Source: an uncultured Bacteroidales bacterium (lineage in GTDB: Bacteria > Bacteroidota > Bacteroidia > Bacteroidales > P3). Taken from it: a DNA stretch of 64,000 bases. The notes beneath the pieces were generated by a model that saw only the letters and a program-made list of their open reading frames with translations, ran no database searches and was not told the DNA's origin. A program made the translations under genes and the position numbers. Every line of letters begins with the position of its first letter. Within the stretch, counting starts at the first letter, position 1. This document shows positions 37,705 through 47,403 of the stretch, in pieces. Where the stretch lies: NCBI GenBank assembly GCA_947167075.1, contig CAMVGR010000004.1, forward strand, positions 73,597 through 137,596, given 5' to 3'.

Positions 37705-38565
37705 ATGAAATCAATGACTGGATATGCCAAGACACAATGCGAAGTGGCAGACTGTGTCTATGACATCGAAATTAAAACCTTAAACAGCAAGCAACTCGAC
37801 CTTATCGTCAAAGTGCCAGCCATGCTCCGTTCTCATGAGTTGGATATACGAACTATGCTAGGCCAATTAGAGCGCGGCAAGATAGAGTGCACTATCTCTG
37901 AGATCTCGACACAATCAAGCGTCGCAATCAATGAAGATATGCTAACTAGCCGGTATAAAACACTCTTTAAGGTGGCAAACGAACTGGGGGCAAATACAGA
38001 ACATCTGTTCGACAGCCTGGCCCTGATGGGCGACATCTGGAATGTTGGTGCCGGAAAAGAGATCGATGAGCCGTCGTGGAACGTAGTAAGGCAGTCGGTG
38101 CAGCAGGCCATCGACCTCTGTGATACATTCCGCAGCCAAGAGGGATCTGTGTTGGAAAACGACTTCAATCGGCATGTGGACCTTATCGAACAGCTACTTG
38201 GCGAGATACCTCACTACGAAGAGGAGCGCATACAGACTGCCAAAGACCGTATTCGTAAGTGGATGTCCGAGGCAAAGATTGCCGAGGTCGACGAGAATCG
38301 CTTCGAGCAGGAGCTTATCTATTATCTCGAGAAGCTGGATATTACCGAGGAGAAGGTACGCCTGCAGAAGCATATCGACTACTTCCGCCAGACCATGCGC
38401 GACGAGGTCATCTGTGGCAAGAAGCTAGGCTTTGTGGCTCAGGAGATGGGTAGGGAGATCAACACCACGGGTTCGAAAGCGAACCATGTAGAGATACAAC
38501 GTATAGTGGTGCGTATGAAAGACGAGCTGGAGAAGATAAAGGAGCAGCTTGGAAACGTGCTGTAG
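37705..38565 (+). CDS. yicC: YicC-family stress-induced protein (endoribonuclease-like)
   Basis: MKSMTGYAK N-terminus and conserved C-terminus (QEMGREINTTGSKAN...KEQLGNV). 286 aa. Confidence 0.85.
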   Translation: MKSMTGYAKTQCEVADCVYDIEIKTLNSKQLDLIVKVPAMLRSHELDIRTMLGQLERGKIECTISEISTQSSVAINEDMLTSRYKTLFKVANELGANTEHLFDSLALMGDIWNVGAGKEIDEPSWNVVRQSVQQAIDLCDTFRSQEGSVLENDFNRHVDLIEQLLGEIPHYEEERIQTAKDRIRKWMSEAKIAEVDENRFEQELIYYLEKLDITEEKVRLQKHIDYFRQTMRDEVICGKKLGFVAQEMGREINTTGSKANHVEIQRIVVRMKDELEKIKEQLGNVL

Positions 38566-38591
38566 CGCTATTCTGCTCTAGTTTGTATAAT

Positions 38592-38625
38592 AAGAAAGGC
38601 GATGCCAATTGGCATCGCCTTTCTT
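38592..38625. terminator. Bidirectional hairpin terminator between convergent genes
   Basis: AAGAAAGGCGATGCC-AATT-GGCATCGCCTTTCTT, a perfect 15-bp stem flanked by A/T runs on both sides. Confidence 0.8.
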
Positions 38626-38647
38626 GTTTGTATGCTATCAGTGAGGT

Positions 38648-41407
38648 TTAGCGAACGATCAGTTTCTCAACCTTGCTGAAGTTGTCGTTGGTGACGCGCA
38701 CGAAGTATGCGCCAGCGGGAACACCATTGAGGTCGATGGTCTGCTCGCTGCCAGCGTTGAAGTTGGAGTTGTAGATCTCGCGGCCACTCATGTCGATGAT
38801 GCTGCAGTTCACCATGCCGGTCATACCAGAGACATTGAGGCGAACCTGAGAGGTGGCAGGATTGGGCGAGAGGGCAACGCGAACCAGAGCCTCAGCCTCG
38901 TTGATGCCGAGCTCGTGATAGCTGGCGACAGCGGAGATGGTGTAGTTCTGGTCGATTTCGCGCAGGGTCAAGCGGTAGTAGTTACGCTCGAGCAGTGGGG
39001 GCCAAGGATCGGAGGTGCCTTCAGCATGCTCGGGATCGATCACATTGTATTCGGTAGCGGTAACCATGTTCTCGTCGTCGAGGTCGATAGGCTCACCGTT
39101 GACAAGGATTTGGTCGATGACCATGTGTCCGAAGACGTTGCTTTCCTCGTCAAATTCCTCAATGGTACCGGGGATGATGTAGTAGCTCATGCTCGAGTTC
39201 TCACCAACTGTGTCAATGTAGCCGCACATGTTCTGAGTGGAACCGGTGGTCATCCAATAGCTGGTGTCGTCGGTGCACTGCAGGGTGACAGTGTACTGAG
39301 GAATGTCCATTCTCGGGCCAACGATGGCACGAATCATGGGGAAGCGGTCGATGTTCCAACCACTGCAGCTACGACCATAGATGGGGTCGTATGCCAATAC
39401 GCTGTACACTCTGTAGAGAGGGCTGTACTGGTTGTAGTAGGGAGCGATGGCGCTGTTGTTGGAGTAGCGGACGGAGCTGTCGGCAGTCTCCATATAGGAG
39501 TACTGTGTACCTGCCACTGCGAAGTGACCACCCTGGTTGACATAACCAATGAAGTAGTTCACATTGGGCCATATTTCGGGTTGGCCGGGGAAGGTGATGT
39601 CGTATGCATAGTAGGGAGAGCCGGGCTGTGCCACACCATACTCAACTTCTTCGGGAGCCGAGGTGTAACCATCGATGGTGAATACTTGGTCGCCAGCAAT
39701 ACCGGTGCCAGGTACATCCCACAGGCCAATTTGGTCTTCCTCGATAGGCTGCGAGTACCAAAGAACTGGGGTGATCTTGGAACCGTCGATTTGCTCGGAG
39801 GTGAGGGTGGTGGCTGTTACATATTCTAGGCCACGGAACACATAGGGTTTGCCATTCTCATCGAGGGGGATCTCGCTGGGCGAGTTGAAGCTGGTGAACA
39901 CCTCGTAGTCGGGCTCATAGTGGTGAGCCACTGAAGGATCGTCGGTGACGTAGCCATCCTCGGTGAATTGGAATGCGAACTCACTGCCCGAGGGGACAAC
40001 GCTGTTGTCGTAACCCCAGCGGTAGCCTTCGATGGTGCGGCCCATGGTCGAGTCTGCATCCTGGAAGGGGCTGACGTAGTAGGCCATGGTGTCGAGGCTG
40101 GTGGATAAGCCTTCGTTGTTGTTGGCGATAAGAGCAAATTGGTTCAGACCGCTAGTCGAGGTGGGCAGACCACGGAGTTTGTACTTCGAGGGCATGTCGG
40201 CAGCGTCAGCACCGTAGTTGTCTGCATTCTCCCAATATTGGGGCAGCGACTGATAGAAGCCGGAGGTGTTGTCAAGACCACGGTCGGTGATCATATAACC
40301 ACGCTCGTTGATGGTCATCAAATAGACCTTCTGAGGATCGCCAGCAGGCAGGTCGCTCTGTGAAGCGGAGAGCACGTTGTCGCCAGTCTGCACGTGGTTG
40401 ACATCGAGGGTGATGCCGGTGAGGTTATCGATACCACGGTTGCGGCTGTAGACCACGTATCCCAGAGGAATGTTGAAGCCCTGAGGAATGGTGCCATAGA
40501 AACCGTCCATGTAGCCGGGTTGGATGAAGTCCCAGCGGGTGGTGCTGGCGGGGATGACAACGTTCACATTGTCGATGGCCCAGAAGTAGCCGTACACCTG
40601 GCTGGCATCGCTAGCGCTGACGCGGAAGCGGATCTTCAGGCTCTCTTGGTCGGCTGCTGCGGGAGGCAGGGTCAGCACATAGTGGGCGGGCGAGGTGCCG
40701 TTGACGTTTACGTCGATATTGGGCACGTTGACCTCGACGGCATACCATTTGCTGCCTTTCTGATAGTCCACATAGCAGCTCTCGTAGAATTTACGATGAT
40801 ACTGACGCCAGTCGACATCGATGAGTTTGGTGCCTTCGGGAAGATCGATAACGGGTAGTTCGAAGTAGGCGTTGATGTTGCCCTTACCGGTGTTGTTGAA
40901 GGTCTCGATCAGGCCCATGAACATGAAGCCGTTATCATCGTTGATGCCATTTTGCGAACCCATGTAGGGAGGAATGTTGATAGCACCATACTGAATCGAG
41001 TTGGGATAGGTGGAGAAGAACTCCTTCGAGTCAGCGGAGGCTGTGTCGGTGATGACAGAGGTCGATTTGACACGGGTCCAGTAGTAGAACGATTCGCTAC
41101 GGCCGTGGCAAGTGGTGGAACTGAAGGTGGAGTCCTTGCCGTCGAAGTTGATGACGTCTTTGTCTTTCACGACGTAGTTGGAACCATAACCAATGCCGGT
41201 CATGTTTTCGCTGGCAAAGTCGAATGTGGCAATGACTTCATCATCATCTTTGGTGAAGATGGAAGCCTTGTAGTCGACAGGAGCTTCAAGAGCTTTGCTA
41301 GGGAGCACTTTGGCGGGGCCGCCAATCTTGCCGACCGCTTTCGATGTCTGTGCCATGGACAGGGTGGTGCACATGGCTAGACCTAATACGAATAGTACTT
41401 TTTTCAT
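38648..41407 (-). CDS. Large T9SS-secreted protein of unknown function (919 aa)
   Basis: Signal peptide (MKKVLFVLGLAMCTTLSMAQ) and a typical T9SS CTD (LSPNPATSQVRLNV...VPAGAYFVRVTNDNFSKVEKLIVR). Confidence 0.8.
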   Translation of the reverse strand: MKKVLFVLGLAMCTTLSMAQTSKAVGKIGGPAKVLPSKALEAPVDYKASIFTKDDDEVIATFDFASENMTGIGYGSNYVVKDKDVINFDGKDSTFSSTTCHGRSESFYYWTRVKSTSVITDTASADSKEFFSTYPNSIQYGAINIPPYMGSQNGINDDNGFMFMGLIETFNNTGKGNINAYFELPVIDLPEGTKLIDVDWRQYHRKFYESCYVDYQKGSKWYAVEVNVPNIDVNVNGTSPAHYVLTLPPAAADQESLKIRFRVSASDASQVYGYFWAIDNVNVVIPASTTRWDFIQPGYMDGFYGTIPQGFNIPLGYVVYSRNRGIDNLTGITLDVNHVQTGDNVLSASQSDLPAGDPQKVYLMTINERGYMITDRGLDNTSGFYQSLPQYWENADNYGADAADMPSKYKLRGLPTSTSGLNQFALIANNNEGLSTSLDTMAYYVSPFQDADSTMGRTIEGYRWGYDNSVVPSGSEFAFQFTEDGYVTDDPSVAHHYEPDYEVFTSFNSPSEIPLDENGKPYVFRGLEYVTATTLTSEQIDGSKITPVLWYSQPIEEDQIGLWDVPGTGIAGDQVFTIDGYTSAPEEVEYGVAQPGSPYYAYDITFPGQPEIWPNVNYFIGYVNQGGHFAVAGTQYSYMETADSSVRYSNNSAIAPYYNQYSPLYRVYSVLAYDPIYGRSCSGWNIDRFPMIRAIVGPRMDIPQYTVTLQCTDDTSYWMTTGSTQNMCGYIDTVGENSSMSYYIIPGTIEEFDEESNVFGHMVIDQILVNGEPIDLDDENMVTATEYNVIDPEHAEGTSDPWPPLLERNYYRLTLREIDQNYTISAVASYHELGINEAEALVRVALSPNPATSQVRLNVSGMTGMVNCSIIDMSGREIYNSNFNAGSEQTIDLNGVPAGAYFVRVTNDNFSKVEKLIVR

Positions 41408-41521
41408 TGCTGTTTTAATTTTGATGAATAATATTTTTGTTTCTTTAATTTCGTTTTATCTTTTTCGTTGTCAATACTCTGTGTGTTTTTGGGCTAAAAC
41501 ATCACTTCCTGTTTCGAAATG

Positions 41522-41529
41522 CAAATATA
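41522..41529 (-). promoter_or_regulatory. -7 promoter box (TATATTTG) for 38648..41407
   Basis: Top strand reads CAAATATA, 115 nt upstream of the ATG at 41407. Confidence 0.5.
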
Positions 41530-41756
41530 CCACTTTTTTTTCACATGGATTGCAATTTTTGATTTTTTATGATTTATTGAGGTTTCGCGGTGCTCTTTTA
41601 TCATTTAGTCCCTTTTGGGTTGGATTACTTGCAGGTCGATGCAATCGGCTGTGTGTCAGCATGGCGATGGGCACCACTGCAGAATGAGGCCAAAGTCGGC
41701 TACCGCCTCCGGCATTTTAAGTCCGCACACGGTGCCTTCCGACACGGTGCTTATGC

Positions 41757-41811
41757 GAGGATGGTACGGTGCATGTACGGTGCATGTACGGTTCAAGTAC
41801 GGTGGAGGTGC
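41757..41811 (+). repeat. 11-bp phased tandem array, copy D (2 perfect GGTGCATGTAC units plus GAGGATGGTAC, GGTTCAAGTAC, GGTGGAGGTGC)
   Basis: Read directly. It lies in the divergent intergenic region between 38648..41407 (-) and 41886..43529 (+). Confidence 0.95.
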
Positions 41812-41885
41812 GTCTAGAATACTGAATGTGTGTTTATTTGGAGTTCGACACAATAAAACAGCCCAGTTGCAGTTAATGTGGTGGT

Positions 41886-43529
41886 ATGAAAAATAAGGAG
41901 ATTCTAATTATATTATTTTCTGTGTTGGCATTTGGTTCTTGCAGTAGTCCCAAGCCGACAGCGGAGTCCAAGGTTTCGCCCTTTGCACGCAAGCCTATCA
42001 AGGAGGTGACGGAGGCTCGACTGAAGACCGATGGGTTGCTAATCGATGCTCTGGCCCTGCAGGAGAGTGGCCGCTTCGACGAGGCCTTGTCTGCCTTTGC
42101 TGCCATCACAGCTTCCGATCCGACAGAGGCCGTGGCATGGTATGAACAGGGCCAGCTCTTGGCCCGCAAGGGGTGGGTCGACAGTGCACGCCGCTGCTGC
42201 GAGCGTGCTGTGGCTGCAAACGGGGCGAATACGTGGTATCTTCTGGCACTGGCCCGGATGCAGGGTGCGTCAGGCCTCAATAGCGACATGGCAGCCACGT
42301 GGGAACGTATTGTCGCGCAGAATCCCGACGTGCTCGACTATTACTACCAGCTGAGCAATGCCTATCTTGCTGCCAACAACCTGGAGTCGGCTGTAGAGGT
42401 GCTGAACCGTGTAGAGCGTAGGGTAGGGGTGACCGAGGCTGTGTCGCTCCAAAAGCAGCGCCTATGGGATGCCGCCGGCAAGCACGACCGCGCCACACGC
42501 GAAGTGGAGGCACTGGCCGACGCTATGCCGCAGGAGAAACGCTACCAGTCGCTCCTCGCCCAGATGTATATGCAGGAGAAGAAATATGCCAAGGCCAAGC
42601 GATTCTACGACCGCATATTGGCAGCCGACCCGCAGGACGAATATATCCATGTGCAACTAGCCGAGTATTACAAAGCGGTGGGCAAACCGACCGAGGCCGA
42701 CAGCGAGATGGTGCGTGCTTTCGCCAATCCACGTCTGGCTCCCCGCACCAAGTTGCAACTCCTCAGCTCGTTCTACAACGAGGACGAATTCTATAACACC
42801 CATCGCGATGTGTGTTTCCGGCTGTTGGAACAGACGGTGAAGGAGTCGGACGACCCACGCGAATATGCGGTGCTGTATGGCGATGTGCTGATGCGGCAGG
42901 AGCGCTACGACGAGGCTGCATTGCAGCTGCGCTCGGCTCTGCAGCGCGACAGTAGCCAGTATGCCCTATGGGAGGCATTGCTTATCTGCCTAGCCAGCAC
43001 CCCTGGCCAAGACGAGGCCATGGTCGACTATGCTCGCAGGGCCTCGCGGCTATTCCCGATGCACACCCTGCCGCTCTACCTGCAGGGCCTGTATGCTGTG
43101 CGCAACGAGCACTATGCCGATGCACTCCCCCCGCTCGAACGAGCCAATAAATGGGGCTTCAGCCGAGGATACCTCGAGGCCGAGACGGTGGGACTGATGG
43201 CCGAGGCCTACTATCGGACGGGACAATACGACAGAGCATGGGCGGCATTCGAGCGATACATCAAGCTCCGCCCCGACGATTGGAACATGCTCAACAATTA
43301 TGCCTACTACCTTTCCGAGCAGAAGGAACGACTCGACGAGGCTCTGGCCATGAGTCGCCGAACCATCGATGCCGAACCCGACAATGCCAACAGCCTCGAT
43401 ACTTACGCATGGATATTGCACCTGCTGGGACGCGACGGCGAGGCACTGCCATATATGCGCAAGGCTGTGGCACTGGATCCAGACAGCGAGACCCTGCGCA
43501 ATCACCTGAAAACCATCGAGCAGCAATGA
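41886..43529 (+). CDS. Tetratricopeptide-repeat lipoprotein
   Basis: Lipobox (LAFGSCSS) followed by multiple TPR-like repeats along 547 aa. Confidence 0.75.
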   Translation: MKNKEILIILFSVLAFGSCSSPKPTAESKVSPFARKPIKEVTEARLKTDGLLIDALALQESGRFDEALSAFAAITASDPTEAVAWYEQGQLLARKGWVDSARRCCERAVAANGANTWYLLALARMQGASGLNSDMAATWERIVAQNPDVLDYYYQLSNAYLAANNLESAVEVLNRVERRVGVTEAVSLQKQRLWDAAGKHDRATREVEALADAMPQEKRYQSLLAQMYMQEKKYAKAKRFYDRILAADPQDEYIHVQLAEYYKAVGKPTEADSEMVRAFANPRLAPRTKLQLLSSFYNEDEFYNTHRDVCFRLLEQTVKESDDPREYAVLYGDVLMRQERYDEAALQLRSALQRDSSQYALWEALLICLASTPGQDEAMVDYARRASRLFPMHTLPLYLQGLYAVRNEHYADALPPLERANKWGFSRGYLEAETVGLMAEAYYRTGQYDRAWAAFERYIKLRPDDWNMLNNYAYYLSEQKERLDEALAMSRRTIDAEPDNANSLDTYAWILHLLGRDGEALPYMRKAVALDPDSETLRNHLKTIEQQ

Positions 43530-44041
43530 GTAGAATATACCAATGGGCATTGTTGGCACTGCTGACCTTAAGCCTCGGTGCATGCCACACAACGAAGCCG
43601 TCTGTCCGAACACAGCCCCCCGACGCGGGCAAGCCGACAGAACAGCCGGTGCCGAAGAGGGAATATACGGTGGTGCAGTTCGAGGCAGCGGTGGAAGGAA
43701 TGTTGGTCAACGGACAGCTGCGGATGGCCGAAGACAGTGTGATATGGATTTCGGTAAACAAATATATCGAGGTGGGGCGTGCCTTGGCCACTACCGATTC
43801 GCTCTTTCTGCATGCCCCACTGCTGAATCGTGAGGAGGCAACCGACTACGAGTCGCTGCAGCGACGCACCGGCATCAAGACCACCCTGGCCGACCTGCAG
43901 CAGATGGTGGTGGATCCCGATGCCGAGAGCCGTATGGCAGATATAGCAAGGCGACTGGGCTCAGATGCCAAGATCCATATTGTCTCCATACGGAAAGTGG
44001 ACCAGCTTACATTCCCTTATACTAAACCGACACAACAATGA
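43526..44041 (+). CDS. Hypothetical lipoprotein (171 aa)
   Basis: I take the start at MSRIYQWALLALLTLSLGACHT (ATG 43526, ATGA overlap with the TPR gene stop). The ORF-track start at 43151 lies inside the TPR gene. Confidence 0.65.
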   Translation: MSRIYQWALLALLTLSLGACHTTKPSVRTQPPDAGKPTEQPVPKREYTVVQFEAAVEGMLVNGQLRMAEDSVIWISVNKYIEVGRALATTDSLFLHAPLLNREEATDYESLQRRTGIKTTLADLQQMVVDPDAESRMADIARRLGSDAKIHIVSIRKVDQLTFPYTKPTQQ

Positions 44042-44766
44042 AAGGAAAAATTGCACTGTTGCTACTACTGATTCCGATGTGGATACAGGCACAGGATTCG
44101 GCACAGATGGTGGTGAATCGATATTTGGAATTGCTCAACTACGAGGCATTGCCCAAAGACAGTATGCTGGTGATGGAGACCACTATCACCTTCAGAGAGT
44201 CGCTGGATACATTCACGATGCATCGCTACTTTCAGTCGCCAGGCATGATGCGTGTCGAGGTGTGGTACGGCGACAGCCTGACAGAGGCCTTCTGCACCAA
44301 TGGGTCGACGCGCCATCGCATCTATTCGCCTAGCCAGGAGTGGTGGGACGATTATCCACACGAGGAGTTCCACAGTAGAATACAGCCCTATGACTTCCGC
44401 GGGCCACTCTACGCCTGGAAGGGGTTCGACATCAAGCTGACGTGGTTGGGCATGTCGAATGTGGACGGCCATCGCTTGCAGACAGTGAAAACCGAGCAGA
44501 AGGACCACTACAACCGCATCTATTTCTTCGATCCGCAGAGTGGCCTGCTGGTGCTGATTATGGAGGAGGATGCAATGCCGGAGGGTAGCTACAAGAGCCC
44601 TTTGGCAGAGCCACCTATCGATTTCAAGTTTATCCACGAGTATATGCCGGTGGGTGCTAGCCTGATTCCCTCTCAAGAGAGCTACCGTCGCAAAGGCGAC
44701 CTAACCATTATGCAGACGGTCTTCAGCCTAAAACCGAGAAATGACTTGCTTTTTAACCAAGACTAG
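44038..44766 (+). CDS. Hypothetical secreted protein (242 aa)
   Basis: Signal peptide (MKGKIALLLLLIPMWIQAQ). ATGA overlap with the upstream gene. I recognise no family. Confidence 0.65.
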   Translation: MKGKIALLLLLIPMWIQAQDSAQMVVNRYLELLNYEALPKDSMLVMETTITFRESLDTFTMHRYFQSPGMMRVEVWYGDSLTEAFCTNGSTRHRIYSPSQEWWDDYPHEEFHSRIQPYDFRGPLYAWKGFDIKLTWLGMSNVDGHRLQTVKTEQKDHYNRIYFFDPQSGLLVLIMEEDAMPEGSYKSPLAEPPIDFKFIHEYMPVGASLIPSQESYRRKGDLTIMQTVFSLKPRNDLLFNQD

Positions 44767-44770
44767 ACAG

Positions 44771-45217
44771 ATGAGCATATTCGACAATTCGGACGAATTC
44801 TATATGCAGCAGGCACTGCGCGAGGCCCGTGCTGCGGCTGCCGAGGGCGAGGTGCCGATAGGAGCAGTCATTGTGTCGGGCGACCGTGTGATAGCGCGTG
44901 CTCACAATCAGACCGAACTCTTGCACGACACCACGGCCCATGCAGAGATGCTTGCTTTCACGGCTGCTAGCGAGGCAATAGGTGCCAAATACTTGACGGA
45001 TTGCACACTGTATGTCACCGTAGAACCCTGCCCGATGTGTGCGGGTGCTGCCGGATGGACCCAAGTGAGCCGCATTGTGTATGGTGCCAGCGATCCGAAG
45101 CGTGGCTATTCGTTGCTGAAAGGCAATATCCTCCATCCACGCACCGAGGTGGTGGCAGGAGTGATGGCCGAAGAGTGCGAGGCTCTGATGAAGGACTTCT
45201 TCAAGAAGAAGAGATAA
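44771..45217 (+). CDS. tadA: tRNA adenosine(34) deaminase TadA
   Basis: CDA zinc motifs (HAEMLAF, PCPMCAGA). I chose the start at MSIFDNSDEFYMQQAL (ATG 44771), after the upstream stop. Confidence 0.88.
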   Translation: MSIFDNSDEFYMQQALREARAAAAEGEVPIGAVIVSGDRVIARAHNQTELLHDTTAHAEMLAFTAASEAIGAKYLTDCTLYVTVEPCPMCAGAAGWTQVSRIVYGASDPKRGYSLLKGNILHPRTEVVAGVMAEECEALMKDFFKKKR

Positions 45218-45289
45218 AATTCGGCTAGAGATACTTTGTGGACATTAATGTCGTTAATCAATATAGGAAAAGATTAAAACAAGAATAAT

Positions 45290-46180
45290 ATGAAACCAAC
45301 ATTACTTGTACTTGCTGCCGGAATGGGCAGTCGCTATGGAGGATTGAAACAGATGGATGGTGTGGGTCCTCATGGCGAGATAATCATGGATTACAGCGTC
45401 GAGGATGCTATCAGGGCCGGCTTTGGCAAGGTGGTGTTCGTTATCAGACACTCGTTTGCTGACGAATTTAAGCGCCACATCAACGCCGATCACTTTGGAG
45501 GAAGAATCGCTGTGGAATATGTCTATCAGGAGTTGGATTGTCTCCCAGCGGGGTTCTCTGTGCCAGAGGGACGCGAGAAACCATGGGGTACAAACCATGC
45601 TATCCTGATGGCTCGCGATGTTATTCACGAACCCTTCGCCATTATCAACGCTGACGATTTCTACGGTCGCGATGCTTTCATGGTGATGGCCGATTATTTG
45701 AGCAAGCTGGAGGGCACCGAAGGACGCTATTGTATGGTCGGATACAGGCTGGAAAACACATTGAGCGAGAATGGAACTGTGAGTCGTGGTGTGTGTCAGA
45801 CCGACAAGGACGGCTTGTTGGTGGGTATGACAGAGCGCACCAGCATCGGACGCACAGCCAATGGCATAGAGTACAAGGATACTGATGGCACTATGCATCC
45901 ACTGGCAGGAGATGCCACCGTGAGCATGAACCTCTTCGGATTCACGCCCGACTATTTCGCCAAGAGCGAGCGTCTCTTTGTCGATTTTCTGCGGGAACAC
46001 GGTCAGGAAATGAAGTCGGAATACTATATTCCGTTTGCTGTCAACACATTTATTGCCAATGGAACGGCAACCATGACAGTCTTGAAAACCACAGCACAGT
46101 GGTTTGGGGTGACGTACAAGGAGGATCGTCCAATGGTAGTGAAGCGTTTGCAGCAGTTGCATGACGAGGGAATCTATTGA
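45290..46180 (+). CDS. Sugar-phosphate nucleotidyltransferase family protein
   Basis: N-terminal LAAGMGSRYGGLKQ signature of the NTP-transferase fold. 296 aa. Substrate unknown. Confidence 0.7.
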   Translation: MKPTLLVLAAGMGSRYGGLKQMDGVGPHGEIIMDYSVEDAIRAGFGKVVFVIRHSFADEFKRHINADHFGGRIAVEYVYQELDCLPAGFSVPEGREKPWGTNHAILMARDVIHEPFAIINADDFYGRDAFMVMADYLSKLEGTEGRYCMVGYRLENTLSENGTVSRGVCQTDKDGLLVGMTERTSIGRTANGIEYKDTDGTMHPLAGDATVSMNLFGFTPDYFAKSERLFVDFLREHGQEMKSEYYIPFAVNTFIANGTATMTVLKTTAQWFGVTYKEDRPMVVKRLQQLHDEGIY

Positions 46181-47339
46181 TTTTGCCCGTCTCCATTTGC
46201 ACGACGATAGCGTGCGGCTGCTCCTGTCAGCCACACGCTATCAAGGTATTGATATGCCTGCTGCGGTACAGCAGATAGAAGGTCTGCGGACAGCGGTTGC
46301 CAAGTGGCCCTCATTGTTCCAGTGCGAAACCTATGAGTATCCACCACGATTGAACCGAGAGCAATCGTCGTCGGAGGCTACAGCACGTCATAAGGCTTTC
46401 GTTGTGGGTCATGTGGATCGCGTGGCCGACCTAACAGGGGGAATGGGGGTGGATACATGGGCATTCTCTGAGAGGGCTAAACATGTGGATTATGTGGAAC
46501 ATGATGCTGAACTATGCAGGCTCATGGAGCGTAATTGTCAGGCATTGAAGCTGAGGAATGTGGATGTACACTGTGCAGACAGCGTGGCGTGGCTCAACGA
46601 ACAGGGAATGTTCGATTTGTTATATATCGACCCAGCACGCAGATCGGCGAGTGGAAGAAAGGTGGTGGCTTTTGATAATTGCACTCCTGATTTGTTGGCA
46701 TGTCTTCCGTTGCTGTATTCTCACACAAAACGATTGCTCGTTAAGTCATCGCCCATGATAGATATTTCAGTGGCACAAGAGCAGTTGCAAAGAGTGCGAG
46801 AAGTGCATGTAGTGGCTGTCAAAGGCGAATGCAAGGAGGTGCTCTTTCTGTGTGGGGAGGGATCAGACGAGCCTCTGATACATTGCACTAACCTGTGTAC
46901 AGACCATAAAGAGGTGTTCGTGTTTCGACGTAGTGAGGAGAAATCTGCTGTTATCGACTTTGCCTCATCGGTTGGGGCATACCTCTACGACCCCAATGCT
47001 GCCATTATGAAGGGAGGACCGTACAAATTACTGGCGAAGCATTTCCCCGGAATAGAAAAAGTCGCTCCCTCTACACATCTCTATACGTCGCATCATTTGT
47101 GCGAAGGTTTTCCAGGTCGTGTGTTCGAGGTGATTCAACAGATTACATTGGATTATCGCACAGTAAGGAAACTACTACCTGAAGGTAGGGCTCATGTGGT
47201 GGTGTGCAATTTTCCCCAGGAAGCCGTGGAATTGCAGCGCCAGCTGAAACTACAGGAGGGTGGAGACAAGTATGTGGTGGCGACAACCATGGCCGACGGA
47301 GGGCGTGTGGGGTTGCTCTGCAGCATGATACGGAAATAG
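46161..47339 (+). CDS. Class I SAM-dependent methyltransferase with a C-terminal THUMP-like region
   Basis: SAM-binding motif (VADLTGGMGVD) and IDPARR motif. 392 aa. It overlaps the upstream gene by 20 nt. Confidence 0.6.
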   Translation: MTRESIDFARLHLHDDSVRLLLSATRYQGIDMPAAVQQIEGLRTAVAKWPSLFQCETYEYPPRLNREQSSSEATARHKAFVVGHVDRVADLTGGMGVDTWAFSERAKHVDYVEHDAELCRLMERNCQALKLRNVDVHCADSVAWLNEQGMFDLLYIDPARRSASGRKVVAFDNCTPDLLACLPLLYSHTKRLLVKSSPMIDISVAQEQLQRVREVHVVAVKGECKEVLFLCGEGSDEPLIHCTNLCTDHKEVFVFRRSEEKSAVIDFASSVGAYLYDPNAAIMKGGPYKLLAKHFPGIEKVAPSTHLYTSHHLCEGFPGRVFEVIQQITLDYRTVRKLLPEGRAHVVVCNFPQEAVELQRQLKLQEGGDKYVVATTMADGGRVGLLCSMIRK

Positions 47340-47340
47340 C

Positions 47341-47365
47341 AAAGGCCGATGATTTGTCGGCCTTT
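47341..47365. terminator. Bidirectional hairpin terminator between convergent genes
   Basis: AAAGGCCGA-TGATTTG-TCGGCCTTT, with T/A runs on both sides. Confidence 0.7.
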
Positions 47366-47403
47366 TGCATTGATGAGTATTTAGTGCTTGCTTGTATTGC
47401 TCA